Positions 1-8,664 of a stretch of DNA of 64,000 bases are shown one piece after another. The stretch covers positions 960,221 to 1,024,220 of the forward strand of contig CP129477.1 of assembly GCA_030583825.1 (NCBI GenBank). Direction: 5' to 3'. Positions within the stretch are counted from its first letter, which is position 1. Every line of letters starts with the position of its first letter. The stretch is from Candidatus Dojkabacteria bacterium. GTDB lineage: Bacteria > Patescibacteriota > Dojkabacteria > GCA-002793355. The notes below the pieces were generated by a model. It searched no databases. It was not told where the DNA came from and was given only the letters and a program-made list of their open reading frames with translations. The position numbers and the translations under genes were made by a program.

Positions 1-82
1 TGCCTCTTTTGCGAGGTCGCGATAAGACGCACTGAAAATACTGAGAATTGAAAATACAACAAAAGAAAGAATACAAATCATA

Positions 83-1294
83 TTACACCACAATATCTAA
101 AATTGATTTTACCGCTTTTACGAATATTTCTGCTTCTTCTTCAGTATTATAGAAGTACCAGGATGCACGAACGCTTCCATGAATATTATTTGCATTAAAC
201 CATGAGTGCACACAATGCTGCCCTGATCTTACAGCTATCTGATAAGTATTGTTCAAGAGTAACGAAATTTCATGGATATCTGCACCTGGAACGTAGAATG
301 AGAAAACTCCTGCTCGCTGTGTGTAATCTTGGGGGCCAATGACTTTGATTCGTGAATCGGCATATAGTCCTTCGTGAATGATCTTGCCGATTTTTAGTTC
401 TTGATCATGAATAAAGCCATAGCCAACTTTTTGTAAGTAGAGAAATGCTTCTTTTAGCGCGATGATACCGGCGTAGTCTTGAAGTCCTGCTTCAAATCGT
501 GCAGGAACACCCAGAAGCTCATAGGAATCGTAGGTTGAGGCAGCAACAGTACTTCCTCCAACATTATAAGTATCTAATTGGTCAAGAAGCTCTTTTTTTC
601 CGTAAAGGATTCCTGTTCCACTTGGGCCAAGCATTTTATGACCAGAAAGTGAGAGGAAATCTATGTCGAGTGCTCGAACATCTGCTTTTTGGTGGGGAAT
701 AAACTGTGCTCCATCAATATGAACTAGCGCTCCCTGCTGATGAGCAATCTTTACAATATTTGCAACTGGGAAAGTAACTCCGTCAACATTTGATGTAGCA
801 ACCATGCTAACAAGCCTTAAGTTTGTTGCAGTTTTTACTAATACTTCAAGCTCTGCAAGGTCAAGAGTATTGTCCTGCAACAAAGGAGTAATAAGTACAG
901 TTATACCGCGCTTTTCTTTTAGCCTAAGCCAGGGAATAAGATTGGAATTATGCTCTTTTCCTGAAACGATCACGGTGTCACCTTGTTGAAGAGATAGTCC
1001 GTTTGCAAGTATATTCATACTTTCGGTTGCATTACGTGTAAAAATGATTTCATCCGAGCTTTTTGCATTGAGGTGTTTGGCTATAACTTCTCTGGTTTCT
1101 CCTACAAGTTTAGAAACATGTTGCGCGAGATCATGATTACTCCGACCTCCACACGACGAATAATTCTCATAGTAATCGTTCATGGCAGAAATAACCTGCT
1201 GAGGACGAAGGCTCATACATGCCGTATCAAAGTACAAAAAGGGCTGTTTTCGGTTAAAAAAGGGAAAATCTTTGCGAATATCAGAGATGTTCAT
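83..1294 (-). CDS. sufS: Cysteine desulfurase, group II (SufS/CsdA-like class V aminotransferase)
   Basis: 403 aa. PLP-lysine context HK(M)LGPSGTG. C-terminal RSGQHC motif with the catalytic Cys of SufS-type desulfurases. Overall aminotransferase class V architecture. Confidence 0.85.
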   Translation of the reverse strand: MNISDIRKDFPFFNRKQPFLYFDTACMSLRPQQVISAMNDYYENYSSCGGRSNHDLAQHVSKLVGETREVIAKHLNAKSSDEIIFTRNATESMNILANGLSLQQGDTVIVSGKEHNSNLIPWLRLKEKRGITVLITPLLQDNTLDLAELEVLVKTATNLRLVSMVATSNVDGVTFPVANIVKIAHQQGALVHIDGAQFIPHQKADVRALDIDFLSLSGHKMLGPSGTGILYGKKELLDQLDTYNVGGSTVAASTYDSYELLGVPARFEAGLQDYAGIIALKEAFLYLQKVGYGFIHDQELKIGKIIHEGLYADSRIKVIGPQDYTQRAGVFSFYVPGADIHEISLLLNNTYQIAVRSGQHCVHSWFNANNIHGSVRASWYFYNTEEEAEIFVKAVKSILDIVV

Positions 1295-1481
1295 ACTCGC
1301 ATTATACTCTCATTGAGTGTGAGGTTAAAGTGAAGCAAAGTTCCAGCCCCGGTGTAGTCTTTGAAAAGTGTCCACACCGGGAAAGGAGTAATTCAGTTAT
1401 TCTTCGTTATCGGGTTCGTCATCGCCGAAAGGAGATGGAATGAAAATATTTGGGACAACTCTTTCTGTGAAAATAAAAAAA

Positions 1482-1687
1482 TGGGCGGTATTGGGCTCGG
1501 TCACCTCGCATTCTTACCTTGCCTGATAAGTATGCTCCTCGATAAGGTTACTTCGTCTTCATTGAACATCGATAAAGTAAACTTTATCTCTCGAAAAGCA
1601 AATTGTTGCTTTTCGCCCCATTCCTCTCGAAAAACGCAAGGTCACTTGCCTTTTTCTCGGGTTTCTCGCCAATGAAATATATAACAG
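1482..1687 (-). repeat. tRNA-3'-flanking conserved element, copy 1, bounded distally by an 18-nt direct repeat of the tRNA-Val 3' end
   Basis: tgggcggtattgggctcg occurs at both 1482-1499 and 1688-1705. The intervening 188 nt shares ordered sequence blocks with copy 2 at 39225-39373: ctcggtcacctcgcatt, atgctcctcga and ctcggg(t/c)ttctcg(t)cc. It also contains an A-run/hairpin/T-run module carrying compensatory changes. Confidence 0.6.
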
Positions 1688-1761
1688 TGGGCGGTATTGG
1701 GCTCGAACCAATGACCTCTTCAATGTCAATGAAGTGCTCTAGCCAGCTGAGCTAACCGCCC
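1688..1761 (-). tRNA. tRNA-Val (anticodon GAC)
   Basis: The reverse complement is GGGCGGTTAGCTCAGCTGGCTAGAGCACTTCATTGACATTGAAGAGGTCATTGGTTCGAGCCCAATACCGCCCA. It shows a canonical cloverleaf with a 7-bp acceptor stem, a GTTCGAGCC T-loop and the anticodon loop TTGACAT. Confidence 0.9.
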
Positions 1762-1801
1762 GAAATGCAGTATTATACCCTACACTCTTTTCTGTCGCAA
1801 A

Positions 1802-2896
1802 TCACTTCGTAAACTTTGCCTTAATCATACAGTGATCGCTAACCTCGGTATTGCACACAATATCTGAAGGTTGTGCTCTTATCTCAGATATACCTCCGTT
1901 ATATAAGAAAAAGTGATCTATTTGCATAAGTGGTAACTCTGCTGGGAATGTCGCGTTTAATCCGATTGTTTTACTGGTGACATGCTGAGAGATTCTCTTC
2001 ATATCCTGAATAATTTTCATTTGCTCTGTCGAGTTAAAATCCCCCGCAATAATGGCAGTGTTGTCTGAGGTAGAAATTGCATTTTGCAACTCGATAAGCT
2101 GTTGGTTTCGAATAAAGCTTGAGGAAAGCATGCAATCTTCTGTATATAGCTTTTGTGTGAAACTAAGGCACCCACGTGGTGTTAATGGATTCCAAATATG
2201 AATATTTACAAAAGAAATAACTTCATTATTTATTTCAAGGTCTGTTTTTAGAAAACCTTCATGTCTTCCAAGCTCGGCATTGCGTATGGGGAAATGCGAC
2301 ATTGTAATGAATTCGCCCTCAAACTCCATATTATATCCCGGGAAATATAATCTAAGCTCTTCTTCAATATACGGGCGAAGCAATTTTGCCTGCCAAACTT
2401 CCTGAAGTAGGTAAACATCACATTTATGCTCGACAAGTTCTGAAAGTGCTGACTCTCTATCCAAATTATTAAAGTAATAGTACGTATTTAGCGAGCATAC
2501 TGTAAACGATAATTCTGAACTTTCACCTAACACATGTTCAGTATCCGAAGAAGCAATAACTTCTTGTTCTTGTGTAACAAATACTGGAGTTTGAACATGC
2601 ACAATAAATGGCAAAGCAAAGAAAAATGAAAGAGCAAGTGCAAATATTGGAGCCTTCTTTGTAGAAAGAAAGTATAGTATTCCAAAACCAAGTATGGGAG
2701 CAAGGTGAATAAACCATGGAATAGAGATGAAAAGATCGCTAAGGGGAGTAAATCCTGTACCAACCCAATAAAATGGAAACAGTACTGCATATACGCGACA
2801 AGTAGCAATGTAAAAACGTTTAATAAATGCATTCCAAGTTGTGAATCTCTCTAAAAAAGGCATGTCTGTAACTATGTTATTATGTAATATATTCAT
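1802..2896 (-). CDS. Membrane-anchored endonuclease/exonuclease/phosphatase (EEP) family protein
   Basis: N-terminal hydrophobic helices. The C-terminal domain carries the EEP motifs LLQEV, IAGDFNS and VSDHCMI. Confidence 0.6.
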   Translation of the reverse strand: MNILHNNIVTDMPFLERFTTWNAFIKRFYIATCRVYAVLFPFYWVGTGFTPLSDLFISIPWFIHLAPILGFGILYFLSTKKAPIFALALSFFFALPFIVHVQTPVFVTQEQEVIASSDTEHVLGESSELSFTVCSLNTYYYFNNLDRESALSELVEHKCDVYLLQEVWQAKLLRPYIEEELRLYFPGYNMEFEGEFITMSHFPIRNAELGRHEGFLKTDLEINNEVISFVNIHIWNPLTPRGCLSFTQKLYTEDCMLSSSFIRNQQLIELQNAISTSDNTAIIAGDFNSTEQMKIIQDMKRISQHVTSKTIGLNATFPAELPLMQIDHFFLYNGGISEIRAQPSDIVCNTEVSDHCMIKAKFTK

Positions 2897-2910
2897 ACTC
2901 CTATAGAGTT

Positions 2911-3804
2911 GTGAATAGGCCAGCGGATAAATTTACTCTTCTTGCAATGAAATTACAAGGAAAGACAATTGTCGTGACCGGTGCATCAAGTGGCATTGGC
3001 AAAGGTGTTGCTCTTCGTGCCGCTAAAGATGGTGCAACTATCATTATGGTTGCCCGCAACCTTGATAAATTGCAGGAAGCAGCGTCAGAGGTTCAGGCTG
3101 CCGGCGGAACTCCTATTATCGTAAAAGCAGATGTAACGAACGTAGATGATGTACGAAATATCTTTCTAAAAGCAACAGAAGACGGTCGAGTTCTTGATGC
3201 AGTATTTAATAATGCAGGGCTTGGATTTGTTGGGCCAATTTATCAGTTGACTCCAGAGCAAATCCGCACAATGATTGATGTCAACACCTATGGAATGATA
3301 CTTGTTACAAAGTTTGCCTCGGAAGTAATGGTTCGCCAGCAATACGGGCATATTGTAATGACTTCTTCGATGGCAGGTTTGATAACATTACCCCAATGGT
3401 CGGTGTATGTCGGTACAAAATGGGCAGTCACCGGATTTGCAGATTCAATTCGGTATGAGTTGTCACCGTATAACGTAAAAGTAACAACGCTACACCCTGG
3501 AGCTGTGCGAACCGGCTTTTTTGATAAAGGAAAAGCTGATCTTGATATTACTAAACTCGGTGGAGACGCAATTGATCCATCTCAGGTTGCAGAAGAAGTT
3601 TACAATGCGCTCTTTACAAATACCCAAAAGATTATTGTGCCAAAAAGCCAAAGAAACTTTGCATTCCTTTACCGATACCTTCCAAGTGTCGTTCAAAATT
3701 TGATAGAAAAACAAAGCAAAGATGTTGAATATCACGCAGATATTAAAGAAGATGAGCCTGGATTTTCGTACATTAAACAAGTAAGAGTTCCAACAGAAGA
3801 ATAG
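2911..3804 (+). CDS. Short-chain dehydrogenase/reductase (SDR) family oxidoreductase
   Basis: TGASSGIGKG Rossmann motif, NAG, and the catalytic S...YVGTKWAV (YxxxK) motif. Confidence 0.85.
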   Translation: MNRPADKFTLLAMKLQGKTIVVTGASSGIGKGVALRAAKDGATIIMVARNLDKLQEAASEVQAAGGTPIIVKADVTNVDDVRNIFLKATEDGRVLDAVFNNAGLGFVGPIYQLTPEQIRTMIDVNTYGMILVTKFASEVMVRQQYGHIVMTSSMAGLITLPQWSVYVGTKWAVTGFADSIRYELSPYNVKVTTLHPGAVRTGFFDKGKADLDITKLGGDAIDPSQVAEEVYNALFTNTQKIIVPKSQRNFAFLYRYLPSVVQNLIEKQSKDVEYHADIKEDEPGFSYIKQVRVPTEE

Positions 3805-3808
3805 AAAA

Positions 3809-4228
3809 TTAATTCCCCTCTTTTGTTGATCGAGTCATTTTCTCAAGTAACTCTCTGAGTTGTGAGAATTCTTCTGCAGACAATTTATCGAAAAATACGC
3901 TTGTGGATGCCCATTTATTTTCTAGTAGATTTTGATAATACTGTTCACCTTTCTTTGTGACAAGCATCCGCTTTTCGCGCAGATCCGAAGAATTAACTTT
4001 TTCGATATATCCGTTCTTTTCAAAAGAGATCATTTTTTCAGAAATTGAGGAAGTTTGAGTCGAAATAATTTTTGCAATGTCGCTTACGGAAAGCTTGCCT
4101 TTGTGAAGAAAATAAAGAATGACAAGATCCAAAAGAAGGTCTCTATTTTGCTTTTTTGAATCCTTTTTAATTCTTCGGCCGATTAAATACAACGACACAA
4201 GTGTCTCAAAAATATCTTGTTTCATCAT
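3809..4228 (-). CDS. MarR-family winged-helix transcriptional regulator
   Basis: MarR-like wHTH segment LSVSDIAKIISTQTSSISEKMISFEKNGYIEK...REKRM. The track ORF extends to 4330, but the likely start is the internal Met at 4228. Confidence 0.5.
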   Translation of the reverse strand: MMKQDIFETLVSLYLIGRRIKKDSKKQNRDLLLDLVILYFLHKGKLSVSDIAKIISTQTSSISEKMISFEKNGYIEKVNSSDLREKRMLVTKKGEQYYQNLLENKWASTSVFFDKLSAEEFSQLRELLEKMTRSTKEGN

Positions 4229-4352
4229 AGTATGATATCTCATGTATAGAAAAAGATAAATGTGATATAATTCGGGAGCATCGAAAGAAGGAAATATGCC
4301 CTCCAATAGATTCAAATCCCCAACTTTCAAGGTAATTTAACCATCTCCTGCT

Positions 4353-6227
4353 ATGACAACTCAAGAAAATATTAGAAATATCGCGATTATCGCTCACGTA
4401 GATCATGGAAAAACGTCACTCGTTGACTCCTTGATGAAGCAAGCACATATTTTCCGTGAAAATCAGGAAGAAATGGGCAAAGAGCTTATTCTTGACTCGG
4501 GTGAGCTTGAAAGAGAAAAAGGAATCACTATTCGTGCTAAAAATATTTCAATTCCGTACAAGGGCTTCAAAATCAATATTATTGACACGCCAGGACACGC
4601 AGACTTTGGCGGTGAAGTTGAAAGAACACTTAGTATGGCAGATGGCTGTATTTTGCTTGTTGATGCACAGGAAGGCCCAATGCCTCAAACCCGTTTTGTT
4701 ACTAAGAAAGCATTTGAATTGGGATTACGCCCAATTGTTCTTATTAACAAAATTGATAAATCATATGCAAATCCTGCCCGTGCATTAGACAAAGTGACTG
4801 ATCTTATTCTTTCTCTTGCAACCGATGAATCACAATTGGACTTTACTGTTTTATACGGAATTGGCCGTATTGGAAAGATATTTTCTACTCTTCCTGCAGG
4901 AGATTTAACCCAAGCTGGCGACCTTGACGCAACGCTAGAGCCTCTTCTTGAAGCAATTGTTTCTCAAGTCCCTGCACCAAAGGGTGACGTTACTGCGCCA
5001 TTTCAGATGCAAGTAAACGGTATGGAGTATGACACTCATGTCGGCCGATATTTAATCGGCAAAATTAGTCGTGGCACTGTACATAAAGGTGACTCTATTG
5101 TGCTTATGCAAGAAACCGATGGTGAAGTAAAAACACATAATGGTAAAGCTGACAAAATTCTTACTCGCGATGGTATTGAGTTTGTCGAAGTTGACTCAGC
5201 ACTTGCAGGAGAAATTATTGCAATTGCTGGTATTGATGTATCAGGTATTGGTGGCACAATTTGTGACAGTAAAAATCAAGAAATGCTCCCTCCATTGAAG
5301 CTTTCAAACCCTTCAGTAAAGATTACTTTTGAGGCAAATACTTCACCGCTTGCAGGAAAAGAGGGTAAGTTTGTCACAATGAAGCTCTTGCAGCAGCGTC
5401 TTGACCTTGAAAAGGAAAACAATGTTGGTCTAACAATTAAAAAAATTGACGAAAGTAGCTGCTCTGTCGAAGGTCGAGGAGAATTACAGCTTTCTATTCT
5501 TATTGAAACACTCAGACGCGAAGGATATGAATTTCAAGTACGTAAGCCGGAAGTCGTTATGCATAAAGAAAATGACGTTCTTATGGAACCGCTTGAAGAG
5601 CTCTATATTGATGTTCCAGAAGATTACGTTGGAACAATTACGCAGGCATTAAGCTCACGAAACGCGGTGCTTGGCACAATGGACGTTGAAAACGGCCAAG
5701 CCCACTTTATCTACAAGATTTTGACCCGAAATTTGCTTGGTCTTCGCCTTGTACTGCTTACTGCAACAAAAGGAAATGTCATTATGAACAACTTTCTTGC
5801 GGGATATGTTCCTGTCACAAAGCAGCCGGAGCCATACCGCAAAGGTGTGCTTATTGGAACAGAATCGGGTAAAGCGATCGCTTACGCACTCAATACCGTT
5901 CAGGAACGAGGTGATTTATTCATTATCCCAGGCGATGAAGTATATGAAGGCATGATTATTGGAATCAATAAGTATCCCGAAGACTTGGATGTAAACCCAG
6001 CAAAAGCAAAGCATTCATCAAGTGTTCGACAAAGCTCAGCAGTTACTACCGATGTAAAATTGAAGGCTCCGTTACAAATGTCTTTGGAATTTGCCCTTTC
6101 ATTTATGGCAAAAGACGAAATGCTTGAAGTTACTCCAATAAACTTGCGTTTGCGAAAGATTCATTTATCAAAAACGCAGCGAGACGTACAGCGACGAAAA
6201 GACCGACAATTGCAGTCGAACGATTAA
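4353..6227 (+). CDS. typA: Translational GTPase TypA/BipA
   Basis: G1 motif AHVDHGKTS, DTPGHADF, and the NKID translation-factor GTPase domain. Length of 624 aa is typical of BipA. Confidence 0.9.
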   Translation: MTTQENIRNIAIIAHVDHGKTSLVDSLMKQAHIFRENQEEMGKELILDSGELEREKGITIRAKNISIPYKGFKINIIDTPGHADFGGEVERTLSMADGCILLVDAQEGPMPQTRFVTKKAFELGLRPIVLINKIDKSYANPARALDKVTDLILSLATDESQLDFTVLYGIGRIGKIFSTLPAGDLTQAGDLDATLEPLLEAIVSQVPAPKGDVTAPFQMQVNGMEYDTHVGRYLIGKISRGTVHKGDSIVLMQETDGEVKTHNGKADKILTRDGIEFVEVDSALAGEIIAIAGIDVSGIGGTICDSKNQEMLPPLKLSNPSVKITFEANTSPLAGKEGKFVTMKLLQQRLDLEKENNVGLTIKKIDESSCSVEGRGELQLSILIETLRREGYEFQVRKPEVVMHKENDVLMEPLEELYIDVPEDYVGTITQALSSRNAVLGTMDVENGQAHFIYKILTRNLLGLRLVLLTATKGNVIMNNFLAGYVPVTKQPEPYRKGVLIGTESGKAIAYALNTVQERGDLFIIPGDEVYEGMIIGINKYPEDLDVNPAKAKHSSSVRQSSAVTTDVKLKAPLQMSLEFALSFMAKDEMLEVTPINLRLRKIHLSKTQRDVQRRKDRQLQSND

Positions 6228-6359
6228 CGCTATTGCATACTCTTTTCCTTATTTAGGGAGCTTTTATAGCAATGAACTTATGCGACGTACGGCGACCTAG
6301 CTTAGTCGTAAAAATAATTGTAGGTGTGTCGCTCTTGACACACTATTTCATTCAGAATA

Positions 6360-6600
6360 TAATTAGTGCAGACTGGCTTTATGCCATACTGCTGCCATAG
6401 CAGCGCGCCAAGGCGTGGAACTGGGCATGCGGGTAGTTTTATGAGGGAAGCAATTCTCTCACCCTCAAGCTTGGCTTATAGGGAAAACTAGAGGCTCGGT
6501 CAGTTTGTGTTCTGGGGCAGAAGCCCTACAATACGGCATCTCGTTACCTCCCCCTACGAGTGTCAGTAGCAAGCTTCTGCTCCTTCACCCTACTTTTTTC
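6360..6600 (+). other. GC-rich structured intergenic block (candidate ncRNA or long 3'UTR terminator structure), identity unknown
   Basis: Locally GC-rich in an AT-rich genome. Nested hairpins are present (CTGCTGCCATAGCAG; GGCAGAAGC...GCTTCTGC enclosing CTCGT..ACGAG). It ends in a T-run at 6594-6599 and lies between the convergent genes typA and 6669..7448. Strand is uncertain. Confidence 0.3.
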
Positions 6601-6668
6601 CTTCTACAATATATATCACAAACATAATATCGGTACCCGCTTGTTTTTTAATTTTGAGATTTAAAGTT

Positions 6669-7448
6669 TTACTGTATTTTTGAGACTTTTCCGCTGCCGG
6701 ACTTTGTTATTGAAAGCGTTGGAGATCCTACATAAAAGACATCTCCGCTTCCACTACCTCTGACTTTCAAGACCTCAGAAGCGTTTATTGTTGTTTTTCC
6801 TGATCCATTAATATTTATGTCACCAACGTTTCCGCGCAGATTTCTTCCATCAAATTCACCTGCACCGGTAATTTCAATAGTTTGGGTGAATGCACTTCCA
6901 CTGGGGATGATTTTTCCGCTACCTGCGATTCTTGCTACGAGCTCTGTCGCATTTAATGTTGCAATAATAGATCCGACATTGTTAATAACCAGAGTGACAT
7001 TTGTACCATTTGGCAATTCTGCTGTAACCTCAGCTGCGCCATTGACTGAAATTCTATCTATGAATGGAGTTTTTATGAGAATTTCGATAGCTTGTCCTGC
7101 TGGGAATGAGTATGGTTTCTCTTTGCCCTGACATTCACTTGCGTAATTAATTATTAATCGTCGGTTTGCATCGGTAAGATCAATACAATCAAAAAATGCA
7201 TCATCGGCTTTGATTGTCACAGAGCTTTCCTGAGCTGTTTCAAGTTTTACTTTTGCTGGAATATCAATGTCTAATGATGTAACATTGCTAATTGCTGTAT
7301 CTTTTGTAGTAATTGTTCCTTTTTGGGTGATTTCTCCGTTTAAAGAAGACATTTGAGGTGCAAATATAAAAATTCCTGCGACGACAGCAATAACAATGCT
7401 TACAATAATCCCTACAATAGCAATTATGTGTAATGGAGAAAATTTCAT
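6669..7448 (-). CDS. Membrane-anchored putative adhesin-like protein (DUF2807/DUF4097-like beta-rich repeats)
   Basis: N-terminal TM helix followed by repetitive G-S-G-rich beta-strand segments (GSGKTTINASEV..GSGSGDVFYVGSP..SGSGKV). Confidence 0.4.
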   Translation of the reverse strand: MKFSPLHIIAIVGIIVSIVIAVVAGIFIFAPQMSSLNGEITQKGTITTKDTAISNVTSLDIDIPAKVKLETAQESSVTIKADDAFFDCIDLTDANRRLIINYASECQGKEKPYSFPAGQAIEILIKTPFIDRISVNGAAEVTAELPNGTNVTLVINNVGSIIATLNATELVARIAGSGKIIPSGSAFTQTIEITGAGEFDGRNLRGNVGDININGSGKTTINASEVLKVRGSGSGDVFYVGSPTLSITKSGSGKVSKIQ

Positions 7449-7646
7449 ATGGTAATTGTAATGGGAAGCGCTCTGTATTTCAACTTCTTAATAGCGCTTT
7501 GCAAATATGGTGATTTTGCCTCACAATAGGAAGTGGAAAAAACTGCCTCTAAATTTAGCGTTTTCCCTCAGTGAAGTCCTATAATTATTGAAAAGTCTAT
7601 AGGATTATAGTATAATGTAAGGAGATTATTTAAAAACATCCACAAT

Positions 7647-8636
7647 ATGAAACTAGTCGTCTATATGCCTGCACATAACGAAGAGGCAACTATAGGTCTT
7701 GTAATTGATAAAATTACAAATGTTTTTCATTCAGAATATATTGCGCAACATTTTTCAGAAACGGAAATTGTTGTTCTTAATGATAACTCAACAGATAAAA
7801 CAAAAGCATTAGCGCAAGAAAAAGGCGCAATTGTCTTTGATATTCGTGGTGAAAGCCGCGGTGTCGGTCGTGTTATCCGCCTTGGATTGGAAAAACTTTT
7901 GACTTTAAAGCCAGATGTCGCAGTAGGAATTGATGCAGACGATCAGTTTGATCCGAACGATATTCCACGATTGGTTGCTCCAATTGTTGAAGGAAAAGCC
8001 GATATGGTGACAGGAACAAAGTTTCAGGATAAAAAGAATCCTCCGGCAGGAATCTCTAAAGTAAAGCTTTGGGGTAACTATGTTGTCACAGGATTAGTAA
8101 ACTTCTTGCTTAAGACGAATTTTACCGACGTTTCATGTGGATTTCGTGCATATAGCCGTGAAGCATTACTTCAGATGAATATCTGGGGTGATCGCACCTA
8201 CGTTCAGGAAGCATTTCTCGACTTCTACTACAAAGGAATGACAATTAAGGAAGTTCCTATTAAAGCAGTCTATTTTAAAGATAGAAAATCACGCGTTTTC
8301 CGATTTGGTGGTGGAATTTTCAATTACGCAATTAAGTCATTGATGATTATGTTTACCGCAATGCGCGACTACAACCCGTTCAACTTTTTTGGGTCACTCG
8401 CAACATTCTTTATTACATTGTCACTATTCCCTGGACTATTCTTGGTAGGTCACTATTTCTTTGTTGGAAGTTTCTCACCATATATTTTCCTTGGATTCAT
8501 TGCCGCAATGCTTTTTGGTATCGGAATGTTCCTTCACTTGATTGCTCTTCTTGCTGATATGTTGGCACGAATGAGAATGAACCAGGAAAAATTGATTTAT
8601 CAATTACGAAAGCAAGCAATGAATTCTCAGCAATAA
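7647..8636 (+). CDS. Family 2 glycosyltransferase, DPM1/GtrB-like, with C-terminal TM helices
   Basis: N-terminal GT-A domain (PAHNEE...LNDNSTD...DADDQFDP) and DxD. The C-terminal hydrophobic helices are typical of polyprenyl-phosphate sugar transferases. Confidence 0.8.
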   Translation: MKLVVYMPAHNEEATIGLVIDKITNVFHSEYIAQHFSETEIVVLNDNSTDKTKALAQEKGAIVFDIRGESRGVGRVIRLGLEKLLTLKPDVAVGIDADDQFDPNDIPRLVAPIVEGKADMVTGTKFQDKKNPPAGISKVKLWGNYVVTGLVNFLLKTNFTDVSCGFRAYSREALLQMNIWGDRTYVQEAFLDFYYKGMTIKEVPIKAVYFKDRKSRVFRFGGGIFNYAIKSLMIMFTAMRDYNPFNFFGSLATFFITLSLFPGLFLVGHYFFVGSFSPYIFLGFIAAMLFGIGMFLHLIALLADMLARMRMNQEKLIYQLRKQAMNSQQ

Positions 8637-8664
8637 GCTGATGAATAAATAAAGATTAAAAGCC

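Noticed and set aside
1482-1687. T-box riboswitch interpretation of the tRNA-linked element, based on its AATGCGAGGTGACCGAG end resembling the T-box AAUUAGGGUGGUACCGCG
   Set aside because: The similarity is partial. No specifier-loop/Stem I architecture is evident. The downstream genes (sufS; small hypotheticals) are not aminoacyl-tRNA synthetase or amino-acid genes. The terminal segment is better explained as a literal repeat of the adjacent tRNA 3' end.
1482-1687. The 11-nt match GCGAGAAACCC between the element and the Bacillus-type RNase P RNA P15 region
   Set aside because: The match is isolated, and the element is half the size of any RNase P RNA. It was judged coincidental.
6228-6668. 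Considered calling the GC-rich intergenic block RNase P RNA, tmRNA or SRP RNA
   Set aside because: It has no P4-type AGGAAAGUCCGGGCU/ACAGA(A/G)CCCGGCUUA strands. It has no tRNA-like T-arm/ACCA 3' end or GGGG 5' end for tmRNA. It has no GGAAGCAGC helix-8 core for SRP. Only short chance-level matches to these were found, such as CGGTCAGTTT versus the E. coli M1 RNA 3' end.
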